A stretch of 64,000 nt of DNA from Candidatus Moraniibacteriota bacterium (GCA_049290235.1 JBATNG010000009.1:185-64184), one strand, 5' to 3'; shown: positions 18,615 to 27,827, numbered from the stretch's first letter. Numbers and translations: made by a program. Notes: generated by a model from the sequence alone, not told the origin.

Positions 18615-19058
18615 ATGGGTGAGAGAGTCTTGTTTTATAGCGAGCATGATCCGTTATCAAATTTTTATGTTCGAGTATTTGTATGGCAGGGGAAGGAGTG
18701 GCGGTCTGCAGAGCATGCGTATCAGGCCGCGAAATTTTTCAATACAGACCCGGAGATTGCTGAAGCTATCCGTACGGCCTTGACATCCGCTGAAGCGAAA
18801 CATATCTCGAAAACACACCGGGCACGCCGACAGCAGGACTGGACCGCAAAGAAGTTGTCGATCATGGAGGACATTCTTCGCACGATGTTGGTACAGGATG
18901 ATTCGCTCAGGGCATTGCTCATTTCGACCGGAGAGAGCGAACTGGTTGAGGATTCACCAGAGGACGGCTATTGGGGCCGGGGACCAGATGGGCAGGGACA
19001 GAACCGGCTTGGTCGGATCTGGATGAAACTTCGAGGTGAGCTCATGAATGAGGCCTGA
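18615..19058 (+). CDS. NADAR/YbiA-family protein (DUF1768; N-glycosidase-like)
   Basis: FYSEHDPLSNFY...W.SAEHAYQAAKF...EDILRTML...GRGPDGQGQNRLGRIWMKLR pattern matches the YbiA/NADAR fold. ATG at 18615 lies 3 nt after the upstream stop. Confidence 0.7.
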   Translation: MGERVLFYSEHDPLSNFYVRVFVWQGKEWRSAEHAYQAAKFFNTDPEIAEAIRTALTSAEAKHISKTHRARRQQDWTAKKLSIMEDILRTMLVQDDSLRALLISTGESELVEDSPEDGYWGRGPDGQGQNRLGRIWMKLRGELMNEA

Positions 19059-19103
19059 GGATGATAGACTGACAATGTAATTTCTGGTCACCAGAGTTCT
19101 GTT

Positions 19104-19787
19104 ATGGATAAGAGACAACACGAAGCGCTGCTCAAGACGCTTGAAGACACCGGACAGCTTGAGGAATACAAGAAGTCATACGACAACTACTCGGTTGGCA
19201 TTGTACCGGAGATCCTCGGAACCATCCTCGTCACTTGTGGCAATCTGGTCTATGGCCACACGCCGTCGTACGGCAAGTTCAAGGCGGTCGAAGTGATCGC
19301 CCGCATCCCATACCAGTCCTGGGAGGTGGCGAGCTATACGCTCCTCACCATGTTCTACTCGAACGAGCAAAAGGCGATTGATCTCTCCAAAGTCTCGCGT
19401 TTCAGCCGGATCTCTCAGGACAATGAGACGATGCACGTCGTGGTCCTGTCGCAACTGGCGAGGAAGTATGGCGAGGACGGTCTCATCCGGCACACGCTCA
19501 TCCCGCTCCTCTTTTCTTTCGGGTATGCCGTCGCTTCGTTTGTCCTCTATCTCTTTAGCCCCAAAAGCTCGCTTCAGCTGAACTATCTCTTTGAAGACCA
19601 CGCGTTCTCGCAGTACTCGATCTTCGTCGAGAAACATGCCGAAGAGCTGAAAACGAAGCCGGTCATGATCGACTTCCTCGAGTTCTACGGCCGGCACGTG
19701 AAAAGCGAGTACGAACTCTTTGTCTCGATCAAGAACGACGAGATCATCCACCGCAATATGTCGGCGCATCGGGCGGATGAGCTCTAG
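19104..19787 (+). CDS. Alternative-oxidase-like di-iron carboxylate protein
   Basis: Four-helix-bundle ligand pattern: EVIARIP (LETVA-like), NETMH (ExxH, cf. NERMHL), EDHAF (cf. LEEEAIH), NDEIIH (ExxH, cf. RADEAHH). Length 227 aa matches the AOX core. Confidence 0.5.
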   Translation: MDKRQHEALLKTLEDTGQLEEYKKSYDNYSVGIVPEILGTILVTCGNLVYGHTPSYGKFKAVEVIARIPYQSWEVASYTLLTMFYSNEQKAIDLSKVSRFSRISQDNETMHVVVLSQLARKYGEDGLIRHTLIPLLFSFGYAVASFVLYLFSPKSSLQLNYLFEDHAFSQYSIFVEKHAEELKTKPVMIDFLEFYGRHVKSEYELFVSIKNDEIIHRNMSAHRADEL

Positions 19788-19962
19788 CGAGCTAGCTGCT
19801 TACTTCGCGGGCACTTGACAGACGTGAAATATTTCGGTATGGTCATGCGGTACCAAGAACTTTACAGAAGGTTCTTTTCTTTTGTCTTGGTATGGGGAAA
19901 CAGACTGTTTTTTACAAACCTATATCGTGAGCGCGCTCATGATACACTATAAGGATATGATC

Positions 19963-20856
19963 ATGTCTTTGCAGCAGAACACATGGCGGCTACTCCTTCT
20001 CGGGGCCTTCCTAGGACTTTTCGGAATCGGGGCTTGGGCCGCGACTCCACATCTGGCCTGGATACCTGATCGTCTCGCACCCGATAGCTTCGTGCCAGGA
20101 ACGAATACCTCTTACCTGGTAACGCTCCAGAATCTCGGTCCGAAGCCGCTATCCGAAGCGCCACATCTCACCGTCGAAGTCCGGGGCGATATCGCTCCCT
20201 ATGTCACGGTGCAAGACCCGAAGTTTCCGGGGGCGATCCGTTCCGGCGGAATGATCGGAATCACCCTCCGGATCGCGGTGCCGACCGATGTCCCGCTTAG
20301 CGTCAAACGAGGGGAATTGGTGCTCTTGAAGCGCCTGCCCAACGGAACGGTGAAGGAGGAATTCTCGCCGCCGCTACCAGTCGAGCTCACCTTCTCGGCC
20401 ATACCCATGCCAGGTGACCCCGGCGAGGCAGGAAAGCAGGATCTCCTCGGGATCGATTCCAATGGAAACGGCGTCCGAGATGACATCGAGCGTTATATTG
20501 TCTTCGCTTATCCGGATTCCGCGAAGAGGCGTGAAGCCCTGATGCAGAATGCGCGAACGCTCAGCGACTATCTGCGCGATCATGAAGACAAGACGAAGAC
20601 TCGGCAGCATGGCGGGAAGGAGAGTGAAAGAGCTGGAGATTGTCTAAACTATGTGTTCAATGATGATCTCGATGCTAGTGATAAGGCTGACGATGAGTTA
20701 ACGGCGAAGTTCCTGAATACTCAGGAACGCAGCCGAGCGTATCGGAAAGCCGATGTCCAAATGGGCGGCTATGTATCGGATACTGGCCTGGCAGTACATC
20801 GCCTGAACCGTCAGAAGGCGGCCTGCCTCTTCGATGCCGACGCCTTGCCCAACTGA
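19963..20856 (+). CDS. Secreted hypothetical protein
   Basis: Signal peptide MSLQQNTWRLLLLGAFLGLFGIGAWAATP from the ATG at 19963 (the ORF-track ORF starts 27 codons upstream). Acidic C-terminal half. No recognised domain. Confidence 0.5.
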   Translation: MSLQQNTWRLLLLGAFLGLFGIGAWAATPHLAWIPDRLAPDSFVPGTNTSYLVTLQNLGPKPLSEAPHLTVEVRGDIAPYVTVQDPKFPGAIRSGGMIGITLRIAVPTDVPLSVKRGELVLLKRLPNGTVKEEFSPPLPVELTFSAIPMPGDPGEAGKQDLLGIDSNGNGVRDDIERYIVFAYPDSAKRREALMQNARTLSDYLRDHEDKTKTRQHGGKESERAGDCLNYVFNDDLDASDKADDELTAKFLNTQERSRAYRKADVQMGGYVSDTGLAVHRLNRQKAACLFDADALPN

Positions 20857-20879
20857 AACGACTACGAAAGGAGAGTGAC

Positions 20880-21944
20880 ATGCTTCACTATTGGAAAGTG
20901 CTTCTCATCGCGCTGATATTCGTCTGGCCGATGTATTCCTGGGCAGTTTGTCCAACCCAAGAGACCGCGATTCTCTACATCAATGGAGTGGACAGCACTA
21001 AGAAGGTCGCGGAGAGATCAAGTGAACGACTAACGAAGGAGGTTCTTTCGAGGGTATCTGAAAACATCAAGGATTGTCTTACCTCTGACATCGTCTACAA
21101 TACCAACGAGCCGCTTTACCTTGATTTCCTCGAGGCCGGGCTGCAGAAGGCTGAGGAGGAGGGGGAGGCTCCAGAGACATTCTGGCGACTCGTCTTCCGT
21201 CTCGCGAGTAGTAATGCCTTCCCGTGGTTCAGTCCCTTTGTGGACGATCTCTACGGAAAGGTAGCGCGCGAAGCGACGCTCTATGTACTGGGCGACCAGA
21301 CGGATGAGCATCTCGTCAAGTATCGCGAGCATCTCGCACTCGGCCGGCGCATCGTTCTCGTCCCGCATTCGCAGGGCAGCCTCTATGCCAACGAAGAGTG
21401 GCAGATGCTCTCGACTAGCGAGCGGTCTCAAGTGAAGACGGTCGCGGTCGCGACGCCGAGCGATCGGGTAGCGAGTGGCGGATCGTACACGACGCTCTTC
21501 GAGGATAATCTGGCGCGCTACTTCTTCGTGCTGGCGTTGCCGGCAAACGCGGCCAATACCGAGCCTTGCGAAGACGAGTATGTCTGTCATGGCTTCCGGG
21601 AGTCCTATCTTCATGGGACGAACAGCCGGACGCGGATCGTCAACGATATCCTCACATTGCTTCCGGAACCAGTCGTCGGCGGAACGATTGAAGGTATCGT
21701 TACGGATGGACTCGCGAATGTGCCGCTTCCGGGGTGGAAAGTTCTGCTCTACCGGAGCCTGGCTCAGTTGCCGATCGCCCAGACAGTGACGAATGTCGCT
21801 GGGTGGTACCAGCTTCCCATCATCGCTCCGGGGAGCTATCTCATCCGCGCGACGGACGGGTTTGATGCCTATGGCGCTCAGTTGGTGCGAGTTAAGGCCG
21901 GCGAAACGACAGTGGTGAATTTCCCGCCGCCGGTGCCGTTCTGA
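20880..21944 (+). CDS. Secreted alpha/beta-hydrolase-like (lipase motif xHSQG) protein with C-terminal carboxypeptidase-regulatory-like beta-sandwich domain
   Basis: Signal peptide. VLVPHSQGSLYA resembles the GHSQG lipase nucleophile elbow. C-terminal GGTIEGIVTDGLANVPLPGWKVLLYR...APGSYLIRATDGFDAYG...VKAGETTVVNF matches CarboxypepD_reg-like domains. Confidence 0.5.
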   Translation: MLHYWKVLLIALIFVWPMYSWAVCPTQETAILYINGVDSTKKVAERSSERLTKEVLSRVSENIKDCLTSDIVYNTNEPLYLDFLEAGLQKAEEEGEAPETFWRLVFRLASSNAFPWFSPFVDDLYGKVAREATLYVLGDQTDEHLVKYREHLALGRRIVLVPHSQGSLYANEEWQMLSTSERSQVKTVAVATPSDRVASGGSYTTLFEDNLARYFFVLALPANAANTEPCEDEYVCHGFRESYLHGTNSRTRIVNDILTLLPEPVVGGTIEGIVTDGLANVPLPGWKVLLYRSLAQLPIAQTVTNVAGWYQLPIIAPGSYLIRATDGFDAYGAQLVRVKAGETTVVNFPPPVPF

Positions 21945-22285
21945 CCCGTTTGGGCCACAATTTGGTCCGGTCTTCCCAGCGGGGGCCGGTTTTTTCTTGA
22001 TTTCCGAGGACAGGGATGATAGGCTCGAGATACAATTTCGAAAGGCATCTGAGGAGTGATCAGCTCCGAGCCGTGAGAAGAAAATCATCCCATGTTACGA
22101 GTTTCGGGATTGATGAATAGACCTCGCCGGGCAGGCCCGTCATAGCCATAAATAAGAGTTGTTAGTTTTTAGGGCTTCGTTTTTAAGGGACATCCCTAAT
22201 CACTAGTCACTAATCAACTAATAACTGCAGCCGAGGTGGTACCACGTCTTGCGACGTCCTTAGCACAAGTGTGTGTTAAGGGTTT

Positions 22286-22792
22286 TTGTTTTATGAAATG
22301 TATATGGAAGAACCAAAAAGTGTAATTCCCCTTAGAAAGGGAATTGAAATGCAAGAGGCGAAAATCGAAGCTGGCATTGCTCGACTTCGGCGATGGATAG
22401 CTCGTCTGGAAGAGACTCGTAAGATGGTAGCCGGGTGGATAATTGCAGCTCGTGAGCAAGGTGATGATGAGTCTGTAGCACAGTATGAAATAGAACTTGA
22501 GGACATTGACCTACGTCTTGAAGGAGCCAGGCTTCATATTGAAGAAGGCCAGGCAATTGTTGATGAGCGCCAATGGCAGCAATTTCAACACGAAATGCAG
22601 GTTTTTGAAGAGGAGATGCGGGCAGATATCTTGAAAACAATCGGAGACGAGTTGGCGATGGTCGAGGGCATGATTGCGATGTTGGAAGCTACAGAAACAG
22701 TATCAGCAGAACGAGAAAGGGAAATAGTAGAGTTGCGTAGTCGTAAACAAGCACTCGATGCGACGAGAACCAAGTACGAAAAAAGTATATGA
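22286..22792 (+). CDS. Coiled-coil hypothetical protein, translationally coupled to ileS
   Basis: Highly charged heptad-like sequence. Stop TGA overlaps the ileS ATG (ATGA at 22789-22792). Lower GC than flanks. Exact start (22286, 22298 or 22304) uncertain. Confidence 0.45.
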   Translation: MFYEMYMEEPKSVIPLRKGIEMQEAKIEAGIARLRRWIARLEETRKMVAGWIIAAREQGDDESVAQYEIELEDIDLRLEGARLHIEEGQAIVDERQWQQFQHEMQVFEEEMRADILKTIGDELAMVEGMIAMLEATETVSAEREREIVELRSRKQALDATRTKYEKSI

Positions 22793-25692
22793 AGTTCAAA
22801 AAAGTCGATGCCAAGGTGAGTTTCCCGAAGATAGAGGAGGCGATCATCGAGCGCTGGGAAGAGAACAAGACATTTGAAAAGTCAGTGACCAATCGCGAGG
22901 GGAAGCCACACTATGTTTTCTATGACGGGCCGCCGTTTGCGACGGGGACGCCGCACTATGGCCACATCGTGGCGTCGACGATCAAGGACCTCGTCCCGCG
23001 CTATTGGACCATGCGGGGCTATCAGGTAGAACGCAAATGGGGCTGGGACTGCCATGGGCTCCCCATCGAGAACATTGCGGAAAAGGAGCTCGGCATCACC
23101 CACAAGAAAGAGATCGAGACCCTCGGTGTCGCCAAATTCAACGAGGTCTGCCGTTCCAAGGTGCTGGAGTACGTCGACGAGTGGAAGAAAGTGATGCGCC
23201 GTTTCGGTCGCTTCGCGGACATGGAGAACGCCTACCGCACCATGGACCGAGACTTCATGGAGAGCGTCTGGTGGGTGTTCAAGGAACTCTGGGATCGGGG
23301 ACTGGTCTACGAGAGCTATCGCACCATGCACATCTGTCCGCGCTGTGAGACGACCCTGTCGCAGTCCGAAGTCGCCGAGGGCTACAAGGACGTGAAGGAC
23401 TTGGCGGTCACGGCGAAGTTCGAGCTCGTTGATGAGCCGGGGACATATGTCCTCGCCTGGACCACGACACCCTGGACCTTGCCGGGCAATGTTGCGTTGG
23501 CGGTGAATAAGGATATTGAATACTCACTCGTACAGTCACCAATACCAAATGAGCTTTATATTGTTGCAAGTGAACTTGCCGGTAAGATTTTCACGCCAGA
23601 AGCAGCAATAGTTAAGAAAACTTTTAAGGGCTCAGAGCTTATAGGTAAAGCTTACAAGCCTTTGTTTGATTATTACGCGAAGGACGAAACATTAAAGAAT
23701 CGTGAGAACGGATGGAAGATCTATCACGCGGATTTCGTCACGACTGACATGGGTACCGGCATTGCGCATGAAGCGCCGGCCTTCGGTGAGGACGACATGC
23801 AGCTCGGCAAGGCGAACGATCTGCCGTGGGTGCAGCATGTGAATATGGACGGCAGTATGAAAGCCGAAGTGACGGATTTCGCTGGCCGGCCAGTAAAGAG
23901 CAAAGAGGATCCGAGTGCCATGGATGTGGAGATCATCAAGTACCTGGCCAAAGCGGGGACGCTTTTCGCGAAGGAAAAATACGAGCACAGCTACCCGCAT
24001 TGCTGGCGCTGCGATACGCCGCTCCTCAACTATGCAACCAGTTCTTGGTTCGTCCGTGTTGCCGAACGCAAAGAAAAGATGATCGCGCTCGCCGATGATA
24101 TCAACTGGTCGCCGGAGCACATCAAGGCTGGCCGCTGGGGCAAGTGGCTCGAGGGTGCGCGCGACTGGTCCATCAGCCGTCAGCGCTATTGGGCATCCGT
24201 CATGCCAATCTGGAAATGCGAGTGTGGAGAACTCCGTGTTTTTGGTTCCGCGACCGAGCTCGAGGAAGCGAGCGGAGTAAAAGTCGATGACCTGCACAAA
24301 CATATCGTTGATAAAGTAACCGTGCCGTGCGCGAAATGTGGGGGAGTGATGCACCGCGTCCCGGATGTACTCGACACCTGGTTTGATTCGGGCTCGATGC
24401 CGTATGGCGAGCGGCACTATCCGTTCGAGAACAAAGAGAAATTTGATGCGGCGTTTCCGGCGCAGTTCATCGCCGAGGGTGTCGATCAGACCCGCTGCTG
24501 GTTCTACTACCTCCATGTCATCGCGACCGGGATCAAAGAGACGAAAGCGTTCCAGAACGTCGTGGTAAATGGCATCGTCCTTGCCGAGGACGGTCGCAAG
24601 ATGTCGAAGAAATTGAAGAACTATCCGGACCCGATGGAGATACTCAATAAGTACGGGTCGGATGTCTTGCGCTATTATCTCCTCTCTTCACCGGTAGTCG
24701 CGGCCGAAAACCTGAATTTCTCCGAGCGTGACATGTCCGATATCCAGCGCAATGTCTTCCGCATGCTCTGGAATTCGTACTCATTCTTCACGACCTATGC
24801 GGCGATTGATAACTGGGAGCCGAAGGCGGACGCGAAACCGTCCGACAATCTTCTCGACCGTTGGATCCTGTCCGAGCTGCAGCTCCTCACTCGTGAAGTG
24901 AACGCAGCGATGGAAGCGTACGAACTGAATCGGGCGACGCGCGCCTTTACGCCGTTTGTCGATAACCTGTCGAACTGGTATATCCGCCGAAGTCGTAAGC
25001 GCTTTTGGAAGTCCGAGGATGACGGCGACAAGGAACAGGCGTATCAGACGCTCTATACTGTCCTCGTCACGCTCGCGAAACTGATGGCACCATTCACGCC
25101 ATTCATCGCCGAGGAAATCTATCGCAATCTCACTGATGAAGAATCAGTCCACCTCGCTGAGTATCCGGTTGCGGATGATTCACTGATTGATGAAAAATTA
25201 AATGAGGATATGAACCTCATTCGATTTATTGTTACAGAAGGGCTGAATGATCGCGTAAAGCATGGAATTAAAGTGCGCCAGCCGCTATCTAGAATTCATG
25301 CTCGTCCAATCGAAAAAGAACTTCAAGAAATAGTGAAGGAGGAACTCAATGTTAAAGCGTATGACAGTGAAGGATATTCTGAAGATTCAAAAGAGACAAT
25401 GATAATGCTTGATGTTACGCTGACACCTGAACTGAAGCTCGAAGGTGAGGCTCGGGAAATCATCCGGGCGATTCAGGAAGGTCGCAAGAAGGCCGGGTTC
25501 AATGTGGAGGATCGGATCAGTCTCGGCTATACCGGCAAGGATGCTGTCTTTTCAAGTGCGGAATTGAAGGACCTCATCGCTCATGAAGTCCTCGCGACAT
25601 CCGTCCAGTCGGGTACCCTCGCTGATGCTGAGTACAGTGAAACGGTGGATATCGGAGGGGAGGCATTTGTCTTCTCATTGAAACGTCCATGA
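22789..25692 (+). CDS. ileS: Isoleucyl-tRNA synthetase (type 2, eukaryote/archaea-like form)
   Basis: HIGH region PHYGHIVAST, KMSKS KMSKKLKN, CP1 editing domain, Zn-binding Cys pairs (CAKCGG). N-terminus MKFKKVDAKVSFPKIEE typical of type-2 IleRS. Confidence 0.95.
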   Translation: MKFKKVDAKVSFPKIEEAIIERWEENKTFEKSVTNREGKPHYVFYDGPPFATGTPHYGHIVASTIKDLVPRYWTMRGYQVERKWGWDCHGLPIENIAEKELGITHKKEIETLGVAKFNEVCRSKVLEYVDEWKKVMRRFGRFADMENAYRTMDRDFMESVWWVFKELWDRGLVYESYRTMHICPRCETTLSQSEVAEGYKDVKDLAVTAKFELVDEPGTYVLAWTTTPWTLPGNVALAVNKDIEYSLVQSPIPNELYIVASELAGKIFTPEAAIVKKTFKGSELIGKAYKPLFDYYAKDETLKNRENGWKIYHADFVTTDMGTGIAHEAPAFGEDDMQLGKANDLPWVQHVNMDGSMKAEVTDFAGRPVKSKEDPSAMDVEIIKYLAKAGTLFAKEKYEHSYPHCWRCDTPLLNYATSSWFVRVAERKEKMIALADDINWSPEHIKAGRWGKWLEGARDWSISRQRYWASVMPIWKCECGELRVFGSATELEEASGVKVDDLHKHIVDKVTVPCAKCGGVMHRVPDVLDTWFDSGSMPYGERHYPFENKEKFDAAFPAQFIAEGVDQTRCWFYYLHVIATGIKETKAFQNVVVNGIVLAEDGRKMSKKLKNYPDPMEILNKYGSDVLRYYLLSSPVVAAENLNFSERDMSDIQRNVFRMLWNSYSFFTTYAAIDNWEPKADAKPSDNLLDRWILSELQLLTREVNAAMEAYELNRATRAFTPFVDNLSNWYIRRSRKRFWKSEDDGDKEQAYQTLYTVLVTLAKLMAPFTPFIAEEIYRNLTDEESVHLAEYPVADDSLIDEKLNEDMNLIRFIVTEGLNDRVKHGIKVRQPLSRIHARPIEKELQEIVKEELNVKAYDSEGYSEDSKETMIMLDVTLTPELKLEGEAREIIRAIQEGRKKAGFNVEDRISLGYTGKDAVFSSAELKDLIAHEVLATSVQSGTLADAEYSETVDIGGEAFVFSLKRP

Positions 25693-26006
25693 ATACATCA
25701 CCCTTTGGGCTCCTGATAGCCTATGCTCTCTCGGCGACGGCCATCCAAGGAGCGGTGACAGTGCTCGCCCGAAAGTATGGTATCGGTTTTTGGGTGCTCG
25801 TTCCGCTCATCATCGTGCATCAATACTTTTTTCTTTCGGTGTATACGAAGGCTGAAAACTTCACGCTTGTATGGTTCTCCCTCGTTGCGCTGACGACCGT
25901 GACCGCTCTCCTTATCGGGCATTTCGCATTCCAAGATACCGTTTCGTGGGTGAATAATGCCGGTATCGCATTGATAGTCACAGGCGTTGCTCTGACGAAG
26001 CTGTGA
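25689..26006 (+). CDS. Small 4-TM membrane protein (SMR/EamA-like, DMT superfamily)
   Basis: 105 aa, four hydrophobic segments, C-terminal GIALIVTGVALTKL typical of SMR/DMT proteins. ATG overlaps the ileS stop (ATGA). Confidence 0.5.
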   Translation: MNTSPFGLLIAYALSATAIQGAVTVLARKYGIGFWVLVPLIIVHQYFFLSVYTKAENFTLVWFSLVALTTVTALLIGHFAFQDTVSWVNNAGIALIVTGVALTKL

Positions 26007-26064
26007 TGGAGCGATGCGGTAGAATAAGAATATACCCGAGAAATTTTCTTGATCTGAAACGAGT

Positions 26065-26628
26065 ATGAGTCGGGTTATTATCTTTTGCGGACCGCCGGCG
26101 TCTGGGAAAACGACGCTAGCGAGTGAGGTTTCCAGACGATTGAATATCTTCTGTCTGCATAAAGACGCTTTGAAGGAACGGATGTATACATTGCTGGGAG
26201 GAAAGTCGCTTGAGGATAGTCAGAGGTATGGGCGGTGTGTGATCGAGATGATACTCGCGCTTGCAGAAGACTCGATCAATAATGGCGTTGACGTCATAGT
26301 GGAAAGCCCGTTCAATCATCCTGATAATCTGAAGCGGTTTCGCGGATGGCAGGAAAAATATGACATAGATCTTCGGGTGATTGTTTGCTCTATCGATGAG
26401 GCAGAGCGCAAACGTCGGTATGGGACCCGGGTGCGTCATCCAGGACATCACGATCAGGAACGATTAAACCAGTATCCGTTTCATCCGGATGACTTCGATT
26501 ACGGAGTGATGCCAGGGAAGAAGCTTGTGGTAGAAACTGTCGGTGACCAAGAAGCATCCGTCAAAAGAATTCTAGAATTCATTTTAACTACCAGGAAACC
26601 CCGCACTTCTTGGACGGCCATCACATAG
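26065..26628 (+). CDS. P-loop kinase-like ATP-binding protein (AAA_33/zeta-toxin-like fold)
   Basis: Walker A VIIFCGPPASGKTTLA at the N-terminus, ~187 aa, no other motifs recognised. Confidence 0.6.
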   Translation: MSRVIIFCGPPASGKTTLASEVSRRLNIFCLHKDALKERMYTLLGGKSLEDSQRYGRCVIEMILALAEDSINNGVDVIVESPFNHPDNLKRFRGWQEKYDIDLRVIVCSIDEAERKRRYGTRVRHPGHHDQERLNQYPFHPDDFDYGVMPGKKLVVETVGDQEASVKRILEFILTTRKPRTSWTAIT

Positions 26629-26644
26629 CCGGTCAAGAGTGCGG

Positions 26645-26940
26645 GGAGGAATGGAACCATTACGAAGTCCATTCCTATGGACGAGCTGGTTACATGAGAA
26701 TGCTTATTCTCATGACAGAAAAGGAAACCCCGGACTATTGTCCGGGGAGAAGGTCATTTTGATTACTTTCGAGGTAATGGGAGTCGAACGGGTGGGAACG
26801 AGATAAGTTTCCTTTCAGCAGGAAGGAAACGATGGTGAGTGTCGACGGATGCGAACAAATGAGCATTCGGCGCCACCCCGGGCAAAGAGTGAATGAGTGA
26901 CGGCGAATGAACGACACGGAACTCCCGTTACCCGCTCAGT
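26645..26940 (+). ncRNA. rnpB: Probable RNase P RNA (M1-like, reduced size ~300 nt)
   Basis: Ordered matches to bacterial RNase P RNA conserved regions. GGGGAGGAA...AGUCCAUUCCUAUGGAC (cf. GGGGAGGAAAGUCCGGGCUCCAUAGGGCA). GGUAAUGGGAGUCGAACGGGUGGGAACGAG (cf. GGUAAGGGUGAAAGGGUGCGGUAAGAGCG). CCACCCCGGGCAAAG (cf. CCACCCGGAGCAAGG). ACGGAACUCCCGUUACCCGCUCAG (cf. ACAGAACCCGGCUUAUCGGUCAG). P3-like hairpin GGAAUGGA/UCCAUUCC. P1-like pairing GAGUGCGGG / CCCGCUC. Lies in a 340-nt ORF-free convergent gap and is followed by a terminator. Confidence 0.5.
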
Positions 26941-26944
26941 CAAA

Positions 26945-26977
26945 GATAAAAGCCTTCCATTCCGGAGGGCTTTTATC
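26945..26977. terminator. Rho-independent terminator hairpin (bidirectional)
   Basis: Perfect 10-bp inverted repeat GATAAAAGCC / GGCTTTTATC with 13-nt loop. The stem ends in U-run on plus (GGCUUUUAUCUUG) and A/U-rich on minus. Follows the RNase P candidate on plus and the PaaX-like gene on minus. Confidence 0.5.
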
Positions 26978-27827
26978 TTGCCGGGAGAGCAAATGATTTT
27001 CTGAGTGATTTTTTGAGGCGCTCAGCCTTTTTGCGATTGCGTGAGATGACTATTCTCATGCGACCATTGGCATCGAGGACATCGCTGAATTTTTCTGCAA
27101 TGGATTCATCCCAACTATCTGCGGTTTGATACAATATTTCGACTCTTTGGGCGATCCCTTTATCGAGCCAGGCCTCAATGAGAAAATCCCCGAAGATATT
27201 GATATAATAATTATTTTCTGGAAAGAGAGGCACCTTGAGTGCGTGGTATTGACTCATGGTCCCGTCGAAATATTTCCGTACGCTTTTATCGAGAAAGGTC
27301 GCTCCTCCTGCGGTAACCAAGAAGGGATGACCCCGCTGAGTTGTATTCTCTATCACTGATTCCTCATTCTCTGTCCGAGCGAGGAGAAACCATTCATGCG
27401 GATTGTAGAGGAAGACTGGCTCATTGGGTCTCAGTGTCTCCAAGAGAAGATGGTAGGCATGCGTCCAAAAAACATCGGCTTTATGAACATCGTTAAAGTA
27501 GTACTTGATCCTTTCTGTATCCTCGAGTTCGAGAAAGTACCCCGGGCTGCTTTTCTGGGTGTAGTTCTTTTTTGCTTGGTCAAAGTAACTCGTCATCTGG
27601 TTGATCCAAGTTACGTTGAGTGAGGCTGTGCCTTTGAGCGTCAGCACAAGCTCCTCATCTTTGAGGGATCGGAGTGCCGCGTAGACAGCCTGCTTGGTGG
27701 TCTTGGGCCGATCCTCCTGGATCTTCTCAATTAAGCTTAGTATCAAAACCGGCCCATTTTTGAGGTGGTTCAATATGGACTCCTTTACCAATTTTGGCTT
27801 AATAAGAGACATTATCCTTATACTCAC
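26973..27827 (-). CDS. PaaX-like winged-helix transcriptional regulator family protein (hypothetical)
   Basis: N-terminal wHTH-like segment (KESILNHLKNGPVLILSLIEKIQEDRPKTTKQAVYAALRSLKDEELV), ~190-aa C-terminal helical domain. Divergently arranged with the next gene across an AT-rich 137-bp region. Confidence 0.45.
   Translation of the reverse strand: MSIRIMSLIKPKLVKESILNHLKNGPVLILSLIEKIQEDRPKTTKQAVYAALRSLKDEELVLTLKGTASLNVTWINQMTSYFDQAKKNYTQKSSPGYFLELEDTERIKYYFNDVHKADVFWTHAYHLLLETLRPNEPVFLYNPHEWFLLARTENEESVIENTTQRGHPFLVTAGGATFLDKSVRKYFDGTMSQYHALKVPLFPENNYYINIFGDFLIEAWLDKGIAQRVEILYQTADSWDESIAEKFSDVLDANGRMRIVISRNRKKAERLKKSLRKSFALPAR

Noticed and set aside
21030-22088. 352-aa ORF on the minus strand
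   Set aside because: It lies entirely antisense to the well-supported secreted hydrolase gene 20880-21944. Its product is Arg/Pro-rich low complexity typical of GC-rich antisense frames, with no RBS or motif.
23692-24516. 274-aa minus-strand ORF
   Set aside because: Antisense to ileS. No motifs. Shadow ORF.
26735-26917. 60-aa minus-strand ORF inside the convergent gap
   Set aside because: It overlaps the RNase P RNA candidate, which has ordered conserved-region matches. No RBS. Likely non-coding.
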